A stretch of 64,000 nt of DNA from Podarcis filfolensis. Taxonomy: Eukaryota. Of this stretch, positions 1 through 11,772 are shown one piece after another; the first letter of the stretch is position 1, and each line of letters starts with the position of its first letter. The DNA lies in NCBI GenBank assembly GCA_964270895.1, contig OZ185438.1. One strand, written 5' to 3'. The translations under genes were made by a program, and so were the position numbers. The notes below the pieces were generated by a model. It ran no database searches and was not told the DNA's origin. It saw only the letters and a program-made list of their open reading frames with translations.

Positions 1-279
1 AAGCATATACCGGTATTTGTTAAAACTTTTATCAAGACCGATTTTTAAAATCTGTACTCATTTTATGTAATACTGGACCAAAATACAGAAAGGAGTTTTA
101 TGAACTTTAGAAACACTAATTGAAATCCTAACCCCTTAGCTTTCCCCCCCATGGAGTGGTAGCTCAAAGATGCAAAATAGAATAAGAAGCATTTGGGAGC
201 AGGGATGGCGTCCTTGCAATGTGGCATGACAAGGATCCTGTATTTTGCCAAAGTGGTGTGGTTGCCTTGACAATGGAGA

Positions 280-900
280 TATAACTTCCCCTTCATATCA
301 GTTCAGACTGAGGACAAAGGAGTGGCTTTGTCATGTAGCCAGAGTTTTAAAGTTATGTTGTGCTTTCATGTTCATTACAGGATTGGTTGAGATCGCAATA
401 AAGAAGGAAGCCTTTAAAGTGGTATGGAAAGATCAAAAGTGTAAAGGGAAAGCAAAAGGAGCCCTGAAACTTCTGAGTGTGGAAATTCAGCACAGCACTT
501 ATTTTACATATTGTCAAGCTCTTATCTTGAGCATTTGTACTTTTGTGACGGATCTGAGAGACAGATTAGAGATTTTGCTGGTATATCAACCATACCACTG
601 TCCTTCAGTTTCCCTTCTAGAATTGGCGGAAGTAGTTTTGAGTATGGTGTTGGAAACTGCCAAAATTATTGTTATGGAGGATCTCGACATTCTCACTGAG
701 ACTGTCTTAGGACTTACTTCATGACCACTGTGACAATCATGGATGTATTTTAGCCTGTTATACACACTCAGCAGGGTGTACTTTGGAGTTCATGTTTTTC
801 AACTGATCAAGTTTTTTGTAATTTGAAGGTGGAAGGGGGTTACTTTGAACCTATTGTCGAGGTCAGATCACTTCCTTGTGGGGCTTAGACTGGCCAACAA
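280..900 (+). mobile_element. Decayed L2/CR1-group LINE, APE endonuclease region
   Basis: ORF 245-724 contains LEILLVYQPYHCPSVSLLELAEVVLSMVLETAKIIVMEDLDI, resembling the squamate L2 endonuclease pattern LLVYRPP..SL.EL.EVVS......LVLGDFNI. A downstream RSDHFLVGLRL (about 860-892) matches the APE C-terminal SDH motif. Frameshifted. Confidence 0.6.
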
Positions 901-1045
901 ACCAGAATAAGAGACCATGATTTTAAGAGGTTAGCATGGCATGGTTGGTGCTATGATTCAGCATGATGACTCAATTTCATAGCTACAGCTCTTGCTCCAC
1001 ATTCAAAGTTGGCTGCACCATTAGGCAGGAGTGAATTTATTAAAA

Positions 1046-1399
1046 AAGGTAAAGGTAAAGGACCCCTCACAGTTAAGTCCAGTTGCAGATGACTCTGGGG
1101 TTGCAGCGCTCATCTTGCTTTACAGGCCGAGGGAGCTGACATTTGTCCGCAGACAGTTTTTCCGAGTCATGTGGCTAGCATGACTAAGACACTTCTGGCG
1201 AAACCAGAGCAGTGCATGGAAATGCCGTTTACCTTCCTGCCAGAGCAGTACCTATTTATCTACTTGCACTTTTGGCGTGCTTTCGAACTGCTAGGTTGGC
1301 AACGGGAGCTCACCCCATCGTGGGGATTCGAACCACCGACCTTCTGATCGGTAAGCCCAAGAGGCTCAGTGGTTTAGACCACAGCGCCACCTGCATCCC
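1046..1399 (-). mobile_element. Sauria SINE, near full length
   Basis: Reverse complement has the tRNA-like head (GGGATGCAGGTGGCGCTGTGG...GGTTCGAATCC), the conserved body (CCAACCTAGCAGTTCGAAAGCACG, GTAGATAAATAGGTAC) and the (CCTTTA)n tail. Confidence 0.9.
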
Positions 1400-1704
1400 T
1401 TAAACAGAGTGCTTATAATGAAAAGTGGAAGGAGACAGTGTTAAGCTATAAGCTTTCTTGCAGGACCAGCATGGTGGATTTAGGGTACTGAAAGTGGTGC
1501 ATTTGCAAGGGCTGGGGAGGAGGGCATCAAATGGCCTCGCACAGGGCAGCATATTACCAATGGATACCCCTTCCTAGACTTTTTAGCACCTGAGGTGAAC
1601 CCACAAAATGCTGTGTCCCTCTTCCCACCAGGGAAGAAGGGATGAGTGAAGATCTACAACTGGCCTTTGACTAATTAAACAATCAATGGCCTTTTAAACA
1701 ATGC

Positions 1705-1817
1705 ATGGGTTTTAATGTTTTTGTTTGTTACTGTGTTATGCATTTTTGTGTTTTGGTATTGTAAACTGCCCTGATATCCTTAGATGAAGGGTGATATAGA
1801 AATCCAATAAATAATAA
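1705..1817 (+). mobile_element. L2-type LINE 3' tail
   Basis: T-rich run followed by GTAAACTGCCCTGA...GATGAAGGG..TATAGAAAT..AATAAATAATAAA, typical of squamate L2 3' ends. Confidence 0.4.
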
Positions 1818-2453
1818 ACAGGAACAAGGGAAGAATGAAGAGGTATATTGGAATATGCTGCCCCTATGGATCCTGCCATCTCACCTTGCCTCGTGGGTGG
1901 GCTGGCTCTGCATTCCTGTTATATAATAAGCAACAGAAGAGATGCTTTGTGTTTTAACCAATGATGTGTCTAAATGTTTTTTCTTTGTCACGGTTGCTCT
2001 TACCATCTGAACCATGCACCCGAGAAGCATATGCTTTTGTCCTGAACTATGGTTTTTCACATCATCTAACATTATTCCAGTGCTTAATCTTAGCAAAATA
2101 AATATGCACTGCTTAATATTCTCTAGCATGCTATGTCATGGAGCATAAGTGAATGTCCCAAATGTCTAACAAATGATGTTGCAAAGGGCATCTTATGTTC
2201 TTCAGAAAAAGGAACTGAGTGTCCTGTCCCTGATTCTTCTTCACAGCTCACTTACGCTCGTGCTGACTGGCATTCAACCTTCTGATGAATTATAATTACA
2301 TGAAACAGCTGAATTACAATTCATCAAGAGGTTCAGTGCTGTGACTTGTGGACTGAATAAAGACGTTAGATTATCACACTGCATACGTTAATTTGTTTTC
2401 TAGTGCCAGGACATCTGTGTTAACAGTAACCTTTTTGTGTGAATGGCCAGTGT

Positions 2454-2850
2454 TAGAATCATAGAGTTGGAAAGGACCTTGCGGGCTGTCTAGTCCAGGG
2501 GTTGGCAAAGTTTGTGTGGCTTGGGCCGGTTCACGGTCCCTCAGACACAGCAGTGGGCCGGAGTGTGTGCATGCATGCACATGCAAATGCTATTTCCGGC
2601 GCAGAGGAGGCGTGCACAACTTCCCATTGGCTGCAGGAGTTCCGGTTTAGTGTGGCGCACAGGAGCTGACCGACCAGGTGGCAGGGGTCCCCAAGTGGGC
2701 GGTGGGGGTCCATGGGCCAGTGAAACGACCCCATGGGCCGCTTGTGGCCCATGGGCCTTAGGTTGCCGGCCCCTGGCCTAGTCCATTCCCCTGCAATGCA
2801 GGATACTTGACTAAAGAAGCCATGGCCATTCAACCTCTGCTTAAAACCTG
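2454..2850 (-). mobile_element. CR1 LINE 3' fragment, interrupted by a hAT MITE
   Basis: TAGAATCATAGAGTTGGAAAGGACC..CTAGTCCA, resuming after 2775 with CTAGTCCATTCCCCTGCAATGCAGG..AACCTCTGCTTAAAA; reverse complement of the CR1 (ATTCTATG)n tail. Confidence 0.7.
2496..2775. mobile_element. Non-autonomous hAT element (MITE) with 8-bp TSD
   Basis: TIRs CAGGGGTTGGCAA / GTTGCCGGCCCCTG; flanks GTCTAGTC (2488-2495) and GCCTAGTC (2776-2783), 7/8 identical. Confidence 0.8.
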
Positions 2851-2983
2851 ACCTGATGTTAGTCACATAATTCCATATGTACTTTTCTGCATTTCATTTT
2901 CCTCTGACTTGACTGCTTACAATCCCTTTCCCTTTCTTTCCCTGTGTATACCTGCAACACTTTGGGATGACACTTTATATATT

Positions 2984-3051
2984 TGATGAAGTGGTCTGTA
3001 GTCCATGAAAGCTTCTGCTATAATAAATCGGTAGTCTCCACGGTGCCACAA
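2984..3051 (+). mobile_element. Penelope-like element terminal (pseudo-LTR) fragment
   Basis: GATGAAGTGGTCTGTAGTCCATGAAAGCTT..AATAAAT..TAGTCT..GGTGCCACAA resembles the reptile Penelope terminal repeat. Confidence 0.5.
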
Positions 3052-3829
3052 AACCCTTTCAGCCATCTAGACATCATTATCACTATTTTGCAGATATGAA
3101 CCTGAAATCAAAAGTGTGTTTTTACTTACTACTGCATATAAACGGTCATTAGCCTCTTGTAGTCATTATTTGAGGAAAGAAAATGTTAAGTCCATGTGAG
3201 TTCATTTAGGCTGCATCCCGTTCCCAATTAATGTTCAAATTCAGTTGCGCTAACTAGAATTAATTTATTTGAACTCAGTTGATGGGAATCCAATTGGACA
3301 ATATGACTAGGTAAACAAAGGCTTTCATCGTCAATTTGTAGGCATCCTTCCAAGGCTCTGAATGTAAATGTGAAGGGCAAATATTTGTTGAATATTTGAA
3401 AACAGACTTGAGGAACCCCAGTGTTGCTTAATATTGTAAATAGATTATTCAGATACTGCAAACAGGTAATTGGCAACAGGTTGTTGTTGCTTTTAAAAAA
3501 AAAAAATCCACGGAAAGCAAAATCTGGAAAAATAGAGATAGGCAACTATGCCAAGTGAATGCCAAGTGGAGAAAAAAAATATTGCATGAGGAAACACCAG
3601 TCTCAGAATAAACACTCATCTGCAAGCAGCCAGAAAGGGGAAAAGTTGAGAGCTACCTTTGGGGGGAAACTTTGAATGAGTGATCTGATGGGAGATGAAC
3701 CAGGTAAAACGGCAGTTGTTGACATCTAAACCGAGAGGAAGTCAACAGTGCCAACAACTGCATAACACTGAAGGTGGATGAGGACAGACAGAGGAGGCCT
3801 TTTTTCAGCCCCGCAGCTTATGGAAAAAG

Positions 3830-4900
3830 GGGCAGCCCAAAGCGCGCAGCCCATTTCAGGTGCCACAGACAACATTACGGATAAATATGTGGCTGCTGCT
3901 AAGTGGCATTTCCCGTGAAATGGTGACTCTACCCCGGGGTGGGGCGTGAGAAGCGGGGGGGGGGGAGGCCCCTCTCTCCCTAGCAACAGCCCCTCCCTAG
4001 CAACAGCCAGCCCGTCCGCTCCGGACGGAGTTGCGGCTGCCCTTCCCCTGGCGTCACGTGAACGCCAGGCCCCGCCCCCGTGGCGCAGCCTCCGCCATGT
4101 TGTTTTTTTCTCCTCCGAAGCGGCCCCTCCTCCACCACCCCTGGCACCTTTGCGAACGGCGGCTGCGGGTGACTCGGAGAGCCTCGTCCTCGGCCCTCGC
4201 CGCCTTCGTGGTAGGTAGGTGGGCGCGAGGGAGCACAGGGCACCTTTCCTCGGGGCGGCCGGCGAAAAGGAGGAGGAGGAGGAAGGCGGTCTCCGCTGGC
4301 TTTCGGGGGGACACGGGGGGCTTTACGGGACTGGGCTAGCAGCCGGCTCATGCCTTGCTTGCTGGGGAGGGATGCTATAGGGCTGCCCTGGTTCTGCTTC
4401 TTGGCTTTTGGGTGGCTGGGGTTTCCCCTTGTCGCAAAAAAGGCAGCCAGCGACTCTCCCATCCCCCCAAAAAACCCCGAGTGGTTGTTTTGCAGGGTAA
4501 GTAAGCCGAGTTTAAATCAGTTCCTCAGGCTACCCAGCCGTGCAATGGGTATATATGTTTCATTGATTTTAAGCCAGCGGTAGGACTGCGGTACTAGAGA
4601 GGGGGGCGTTGTTGTTTTGTGGGGTGGTGTCAGGGTCCACACCTTTCGCCATGGGCTCGTTTCCTGCGCAGTGACGAGAGAGGCTTTTCCCTATAGAGGT
4701 ACTTCGTGAAACTTCCTCGGAGCAGGAGGAGGGGGGCTGGGGTCTCAGGCGGCTGATGCTGCCCGCCTGTTTTCCTGCCTGACTTGCAAAAGGTGGCGTG
4801 ATTAAAGGTCCCGTGATGGAGAGGCAGGCGGCGGCGGTTCGCTTGAGAAATAGCTGCTCTTCTATACTTATCGGCTGGCACATGACCAGTTTCTCCCTTG
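3830..4900 (+). promoter_or_regulatory. RAB9A: CpG island, RAB9A promoter and first exon(s)
   Basis: High GC and CpG density; GC box GGCCCCGCCCCC (4068-4079), E-box GTCACGTG (4053-4060), YY1-type CCGCCATGTT (4092-4101); donor-like sites at 4211/4215/4219 and about 4497-4501. Confidence 0.8.
4090..4210 (+). other. RAB9A: Putative RAB9A first (5' UTR) exon; start approximate
   Basis: Ends at GTG|GTAGGTAGGTGG tandem donors inside the CpG island upstream of the RAB9A coding exon. Confidence 0.5.
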
Positions 4901-7900
4901 GGCAGTTTCTCAGAACTGATTAAAGTCACTGGACTGCTCAAAGGACAGCTCCGCTTCTTATGTATGTCCCCTTTGTCTGCCTTCATTTTTCTGGCGCTTT
5001 TCATGTGGAAAATCCCCGTACCTTCCCATTTGAGGATGATGTATGATACTATTTACTTGGCTGCTCTTCTGGTTTTTTGTGAACAAACTCTTCCTACCTG
5101 TGCATGAAAACAAAGAGCTTTTGCTTTATGCTTATCCAGTGCCAATTGAGATGAAGTACTGGGTCTATCTAGCTGTGTGGCAAATAACTGCTGTAGGTTG
5201 GTTTAAAACTGTTAAGAATTTTTTGGTTGTTTCTGTCATATGGAAGAACAGGGAAATGTAGGATGTTTGTCCTTAGCAAGGATAAGAGTTTCGAAACATT
5301 TTTTTCCAGAACATTGCGTAAAAGTAATTCTTGATTGTGTTGGAAAGCCACTTGAATGAAGGTGAAACTGTGGTATGTAAAGGACTACCCTGAGTGCTAC
5401 TTAACTTCAAAATTCTTCAAGACACAATGGTCTGACTTAAGTTTCTCTAGCCCTGTTTTCTGAGCCTGTAACCGAACAGCTCTGGTTTCCTTGTGTCCGA
5501 GTCATAGTTGTCCTAGGGTGAAGAAGCTTTGTAGATAAACTTCATTATGCCAAAACTTCCAGTGAAGGATATTATACTGTTTTCCTAGGCCGCCTAGTAC
5601 ATTACCTCACTTACCTACAGTTTAAAAGTACTTCCTTATACTTAAGCTAACCTTGCCTGTCTGCAATATTTTATGTCAACTTCTAAAAAAATCTCTGAAA
5701 AGATCAAGCTGCGGGGGTGGGGGAAGATCCCACTTTTAAAATGCACAAATCACTAATGCAGGGGGGAGGTGGGGTGTCAGGAGTCCGACAAACCTATTGC
5801 TAAAGTTGTGCCATACAACCAGGAGTGGGGAAATTGCAGGTGCTTGTTTTCTTGAACACATGACACTTAGTTCCTGCTGCTTAAAGAATGTTTATGTGTG
5901 TTTGCAGTATTCATTTGTGGATAGAATTAGTAGGTATTTGTTTAGTACATTTTTATCCTACCTTCATTTCATCATGGAACTTATGGTGTTTTACCATGGA
6001 GTTTCTAGGCACTGACCAGACCCAGACCTGCCTCGTATTTTTAAATTTTATCTTACATATTTAGAAATTGCCGCACAACCAGAAGCTATTGAAGTGGTGT
6101 ACAATAAGATAAAGTGAGTTAAAATACAAAAGATAGGCTCCAAAAAGACTAAACCTAATTTTACAATTGTAGAATTAATATTCCATAAAATGACTGAGTC
6201 ATTTGTGGGAAAACTTAAACTAAAACATCTTCAGTTCCCCCCCTAAATATCAAGATGTTAGGCCACTTTCAAATTTCAGATGGTTACTGATTCCACTGGG
6301 CTGGAGCTGCAACACCACAGTGTGAACAGGTCTGTGCCAGCCACTGTAATTTCACCAATATTTTTATTGGAAGCTCTGACTCGTGTAATTCAGTCATGAG
6401 GAGGGAAAAGGAATCTAATAGTAGGCTCAAAAGCTATTATAGATAAAATAGATTTGAAAAAAATGCTTAAGCCTTTTGGGAAGCTTTGAGGAACAGGTTC
6501 TCATGTGTATTGACTTAGTCCTATTTTCCAAGTCAGTGATTAAATAGCTTTAAATTCCTGTAATGTGTGCCGTTTGCTCTACACGTCTAGTGTGTGTTTA
6601 TAGTAGTGTGTGTTTATAGCTGGCCATGGATTTTGTGATATGGTACAGCTAGTATATTGGGCCTTAACTTTCTAGTCCCTCTAACTAGTGCTTCTTGAAT
6701 ACACAGCTGTTCAGTTTTTAAGTTCCTTTGGAATAGCTTGATCCAGACAAGAGGGGGATGGTGATGGTGAATGGGGCCTTGTGATCTGATGAGGTAAAGT
6801 TACCGTACATGCTGCAGATAGGATTTTCTTATCTGTGAGAGACCAGGCTTACACCATGGGAGTCTGTAAATCCAGCTTTCTTCTCGAAGCATGACTGGAC
6901 GGTTTCAATTAGTGCTATCAGATTTGCCTATCAAGAAAAACACATAAGCTATAATCCTGCACATGTATGACTTAAATTCCTCTTTAACTTCAGTGGGAAC
7001 TTAGAAACCCAACAGACATCACTGTTTTAAATATTCCTATACACTCATGCGTGTTTCTAGCTTTATTTGGTATTAAATCAGACATTCATAAATAATTGGA
7101 CCAAAACCCCAGATCTCATTTTAAAAAGAGTCCAGCACACCTGATAGCTGGTATTCTGAATTTCAAAGTAATCCTAACCCCTAGCTTTCAGTAGTCAAAC
7201 ATACTTGTTTACATACTTTACAGAACATCTGAAGTACTTTGACTGCCTTTAAAATAAATCTCATTTAACAAATAATTTGGTGCTACAGAATATATTGTTA
7301 TAAGCCGAAATTACAAAGCACCCTTGAAGTGATTTGTAAGTAGTTAATTTTTTTTTTTTTACCTGGGGAAAAATAATATAGTGGGTTAAATTCCCCCAAC
7401 ACTGAATTACCTTTCACACCCCTGCAAAGTGCCTTTCTACTACTTCTTCATCTGGTTACTTGAACAAAGTTTGATAAGAGAAGCAATAAGGCTATAGACC
7501 TGAAACATGAACAGTCATACAGCCTAATCCTGTCAATGATTACTCAAGAAGTACTACAATTTTAATTAAACTGAGGCTGCAGTGCTGTGATTTGGTACAG
7601 CTTTCTTTTGGGTAGACATGTATAGATTTGTGTTTTTATTTCCAGGCATATAATCACTTGCATTAAAAAGGCATAAGAATTAGACTATAAAGAATAAAAT
7701 GCTTGGAATAACATGAAAACCATTAGTTTCTTCAGAAAGGTAGAGTGCAATATTAAAAAAAATTCTACCTTTAAAGGTAAAAACATCAGGGTGGTTTACA
7801 AAACATTAAATGGCTAAATATATGCGAAATGCAGGTAGTTCAAATTATGGCATTAAAGTAACTTTGGAGGGGACAGTCTAATATATGTAAATCTGTTGAT

Positions 7901-8986
7901 GCTTATGCTAAAATTCACATATTTGCAGTGTGGCATGTGCTTTAAGTGAAATTGTAGAGCAGGCGTGGGGCTCCAATAGTCTTCCAGTTGTATCAGTCCC
8001 CAAAACCATGGTCAGTGGTAGCAATGATGGGATCTGTAGTTGAGCAACTTCTGGAGGGCCAAAGTTTCCCCACCTGTTGTAGAGACTTGCTCGAACCTTT
8101 TTGGTTTATACTAAGAAGACACTGCTTCAGTTTGTGATTCTGTCCTGTATGTCCAGTCTTTTTCATATCTGCCTTGCCCAGCACAAGAGCTCAGTATCCG
8201 TGACTGGACTCCCAAAGCTGTTCAGTTTTGCCTGTGTAGTTGGCATTACTTATATTGCCAAAGTCAATTCTTAAAATAATGCGCCCACATTAATTTTTTT
8301 ATAGAAAATGCACCTTTACATCTTTCTGTTCTGTTCTGCTCTGCTTCCCTCAAACCTCAACTTATTTGCATACAGTGAAAGCATACCTTGGTTTTCTGCT
8401 TCCTCTTTTCCATCTAGTTATTCTAAAAGCAGCACATGAACGTTTCACTTCCTCAAAAAAGGGGGGGTTAAGATTACCATGATTACACAATAACTTATTA
8501 TTTGCCAAGTAATCTTAAGGGGGGGGGGTATATTCTGTGACCGAGCTACTGCCACTTCCTAAGCCCTGCTGGCTTGCTCTGGCCAGGGGGTTTGGGAGTT
8601 TGGCTTTTCTTGTTCTTTTCTAATTTTGACTTTTTAAAAAAAGTTTTCCTCCTAAAAACACAAATGGAAGGGGATATATAGGGCATGTTGATGGAATGAA
8701 GGCTTTTTGGATCCCTGCAGATCCAGGGGCTTTTATGATCTGCCCACTTTCAAGCTTTTACACCTCCAATGTTATACCTGTACCTGCTGAGCTTTCTGTG
8801 GGTGTACTAGGTGATCCTCCTGAGATGTAAGTGTTTTCCTGTCTGCAGGCCTCTCCACTGGTAAGAGTGGCACACTACATTTAAAGGCACCTTTGCTGGT
8901 GTACGGCCTTAGTAGTTGTTGGGGTTTTTTAAAGTGCATGGCTTTACTGTGTCTAAAAGTGAATACAATGTGTCTTTCTTTTACAG

Positions 8987-9028
8987 GTGTTGGATTACAA
9001 TGACTGAACAGTAAGGGTAGCTTATTTG
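8987..9028 (+). other. RAB9A: Putative RAB9A small 5' UTR exon 2
   Basis: Acceptor TGTCTTTCTTTTACAG|G at 8986/8987 and donor TTG|GTAAGT at 9028/9029; alternative donor ACA|GTAAGG at 9010/9011. Confidence 0.5.
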
Positions 9029-9426
9029 GTAAGTGTTTCATATGCTTGTAATATTAGATGTCTTCTGCATTTCTAAAATTTCAAGTAGAGGAAAGATCGA
9101 GGGGAGGAGGGTGTACCAGGAAATATGGCAGAGGTGGTTGCTTTGCAGAATACTGGTAAATCCCAGAAATTTCCCTTTAGACAGATGTTAGGAACTGTTC
9201 ATATTACCACTGTTTTCTGAGATGCTTCATGAGGATGAGGTCAGTTTAAAAGCAGGATGGAGTTAGTTTAACAGTGGTCGTGGTGGTTGTACGATCTCTG
9301 GGTGGATGGAGAAGAGAGCAAGCCTGATCTTATACTGGCAGCCTGGCTGTTAGCATGCAGTCAGTTTGTACAGCATGATAATTTCTCATTCACAGAATGA
9401 TTTTAGTTATAATTAAAATCAATCTA

Positions 9427-9673
9427 CTCCTGCCAACCTAGCAGTTCGAAAGCACGTCAAAGTGCAAGTAGATAAATAGGGAAGGTAAACGGGCGGGAAG
9501 GTAAACGGCGTTTCCGTGTGCTGCTCTGGTTTGCCAGAAGCAGCCGAGTCATGCTGGCCACATGACCCGGAAGCTGTACGCCTGCTCCCTCGGCCAATAA
9601 AGCGAGATGAGCGCCACAACCCCAGAGTCAGCCACGATTGGACCTAATGGTCAGGGGTCCCTTTACCTTTACC
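9427..9673 (+). mobile_element. Sauria SINE, 5'-truncated
   Basis: CTCCTGCCAACCTAGCAGTTCGAAAGCACGTCAAAGTGCAAGTAGATAAATAGG...GGTCAGGGGTCCCTTTACCTTTACC; same family as 1046-1399, opposite strand. Confidence 0.9.
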
Positions 9674-10015
9674 ATTTGTGACTAAACTTTAGAAAGCAAC
9701 TAAAGTGCCCTTGATTTAATCGCTACCATTTACAGCAGGCCTTTAGCATATAGTAGAAGAGCTTTATCTGTCTATGTTGTTGCTTACAGTTATATTGCAT
9801 TTTAATCTATCTGTTATTTTTGAACTGATTTTAATGGATGAATTTATGAATATTGCTAGCCTCGCCTCTTTTGTGAGGAAGGGCCAGTTATAATAAATAA
9901 GTAAATCCCATATCAAATAGATATTTGTGTAACAAGTTGGAATTTCTTTGTATGAACTGGATCTGTTCTATTTTGCAGAACTGGATATAAGAAAATTTCT
10001 GTTCTTGAAGCAACA

Positions 10016-10621
10016 ATGTCAGCAAAATCAACGCTCCTTAAAGTAATCCTTCTTGGTGATGGAGGAGTGGGCAAGAGTTCGATTATGAACAGATACGTCA
10101 CTAACAAGTTTGACACAGAGCTGTTCCACACAATAGGTGTCGAGTTTTTAAATAAAGACCTGGAAGTGGATGGACACTTTGTCACAATGCAGATATGGGA
10201 CACGGCTGGTCAAGAGCGTTTTAGGAGCTTGCGGACTCCTTTCTATAGAGGTTCTGACTGCTGCCTTCTCACTTTCAGCGTAGATGACTCTCAGAGCTTC
10301 CAGAATCTGGGCAATTGGAAGAAAGAATTCATTTACTATGCAGATGTCAAAGAGCCTGAAACGTTTCCTTTTGTGATACTGGGAAACAAAGTTGATATTA
10401 GCGAGAGGCAAGTGTCTACAGAAGAAGTCCAGAACTGGTGCAGGAACAACGGCAACCATCCTTACTTTGAAACCAGTGCAAAAGATGCCATTAATGTTGC
10501 TGCAGCCTTTGAGGAAGCTGTTCGAAGAGTTCTTGCCACTGATGATAGGTCAGATCACTTGATTCAAACTGATACAGTAAACCTTCACCGGAAGCCCAAG
10601 CCTAGCTCTACATGCTGTTGA
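10016..10621 (+). CDS. RAB9A: Ras-related protein Rab-9A, 201 aa, single coding exon
   Basis: GDGGVGKS P-loop, WDTAGQERFRSLRTPFYRGSD, NKVD, ETSAK, C-terminal CC; acceptor TTTTGCAG at 9978; synteny with TRAPPC2/OFD1. Confidence 0.99.
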   Translation: MSAKSTLLKVILLGDGGVGKSSIMNRYVTNKFDTELFHTIGVEFLNKDLEVDGHFVTMQIWDTAGQERFRSLRTPFYRGSDCCLLTFSVDDSQSFQNLGNWKKEFIYYADVKEPETFPFVILGNKVDISERQVSTEEVQNWCRNNGNHPYFETSAKDAINVAAAFEEAVRRVLATDDRSDHLIQTDTVNLHRKPKPSSTCC

Positions 10622-10861
10622 CTATTTTGTTTTATTTTCCAGCCATATATAGTTCTAACTTAACTTGAAGTAATAATAGATCAAATATGATTCAGTGGGT
10701 GCCACTCTAATATATTAAAACTGTAACATTCTACTGCTTTATGTGTCGGCAGAGGAAAGCTTCTTTTCAATAAGTAGCCTGTTACTATGTTAGTGGAGTC
10801 TGACATCTGGGAAGGTACCAGCTGAAGAGTTGATTTAATTTAAATGTGTCATTTGAAAATT

Positions 10862-11170
10862 AATAAATTATATACTAAAACTTGAAAGTTCTAGAAGCAC
10901 TACTTGGGAGGACTTGTTCTGAAATTCAGATGCAGAATAGATTTTTTTATATGTACATACATATTTTTATGAGATCACCAGCCCATGTTTTGCTTCACTA
11001 AAACCCTTTTTTCATAAAGCAGTAATGGTAGGTGATAGGGTCTTGTTCTAGTTCTCATCTTTAAAGTGATTTTTCTTTAAAAAAATCAAAGCTAATATAA
11101 ATATTTTAAGGGCTTTTGCTATTTGCCTAGTGTCACTGAATTGCCTGTAGATTTTATGTTAGGAAATAAA
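10862..11170 (+). terminator. RAB9A: Candidate RAB9A polyadenylation signals
   Basis: AATAAA at 10862-10867 and 11165-11170 in the AT-rich 3' UTR. Confidence 0.45.
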
Positions 11171-11665
11171 CCTGCATACATGGAGCCTGCCTGGTTGTGT
11201 CTTCCTGCCCCTTTCATCTGTAACTGATTTCTATAAGGTTGGAGAACATATCAAAAGTTTTCAAAAGAAGGGGCTTAATGTAGCTTCTCATTGATACTAA
11301 AATTTCCCTTTGGCATGGTTTTAATCTTAATTATGTATTGTCAATCTTAAATAGTTTTTATCCTGGCCCCAGTGGGCAGTTACTTGGATTGCAGGATTTA
11401 AGGTTTTGAGTGAGAAAGCATTCAATAATTTTTTGTAGCAACATTTTTAAAAGTTAGAGCTGCAGCCCTGTGCACACTTATCTTGAGAGTAATCTGTATT
11501 GGAAGCAATGTGACTTAACTCTGGATTCTGCTGCAAGTTGCTTCAGTATGAGAGATGGTTGAAAGGTTCACTGCCTCTGCCTTTCTCACTGAGCAGTTTT
11601 CCATGGCATTATCTTAAGCAGCTGAAGTATGTTTGAATACCACAATGTTTGATACGAGCGAAGCT

Positions 11666-11772
11666 GAACCTGTGCTCTCCAGAGGTTGTTGGACTACAAC
11701 TCCCATCAGCCCTGCCCACACTGGCTGGGGCTGATGGGAGTTGAACTCAAACATCTGGAGAGCCAGATTCCC
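11666..11772. mobile_element. Short hairpin hAT-like MITE (GGACTACAACTCCCATC family)
   Basis: CTCCAGAGGTTGTTGGACTACAACTCCCATCAGCC..GGCTGATGGGAGTTGAACTCAAACATCTGGAG, internally palindromic. Related decayed copies near 16780-16880, 39900-40010, 44615-44710 and 59365-59460. Confidence 0.55.

Noticed and set aside
1-3800. Expected upstream neighbour TCEANC
   Set aside because: No TFIIS-like coding sequence recognised; presumably outside the window.
3726-5004. Cluster of overlapping 77-160 aa ORFs on both strands
   Set aside because: Stop-poor GC-rich CpG island; Pro/Arg/Gly/Ala low-complexity translations with no recognisable domain.
9913-10459. Antisense ORFs over RAB9A
   Set aside because: Shadow frames of a real CDS with no independent signal.
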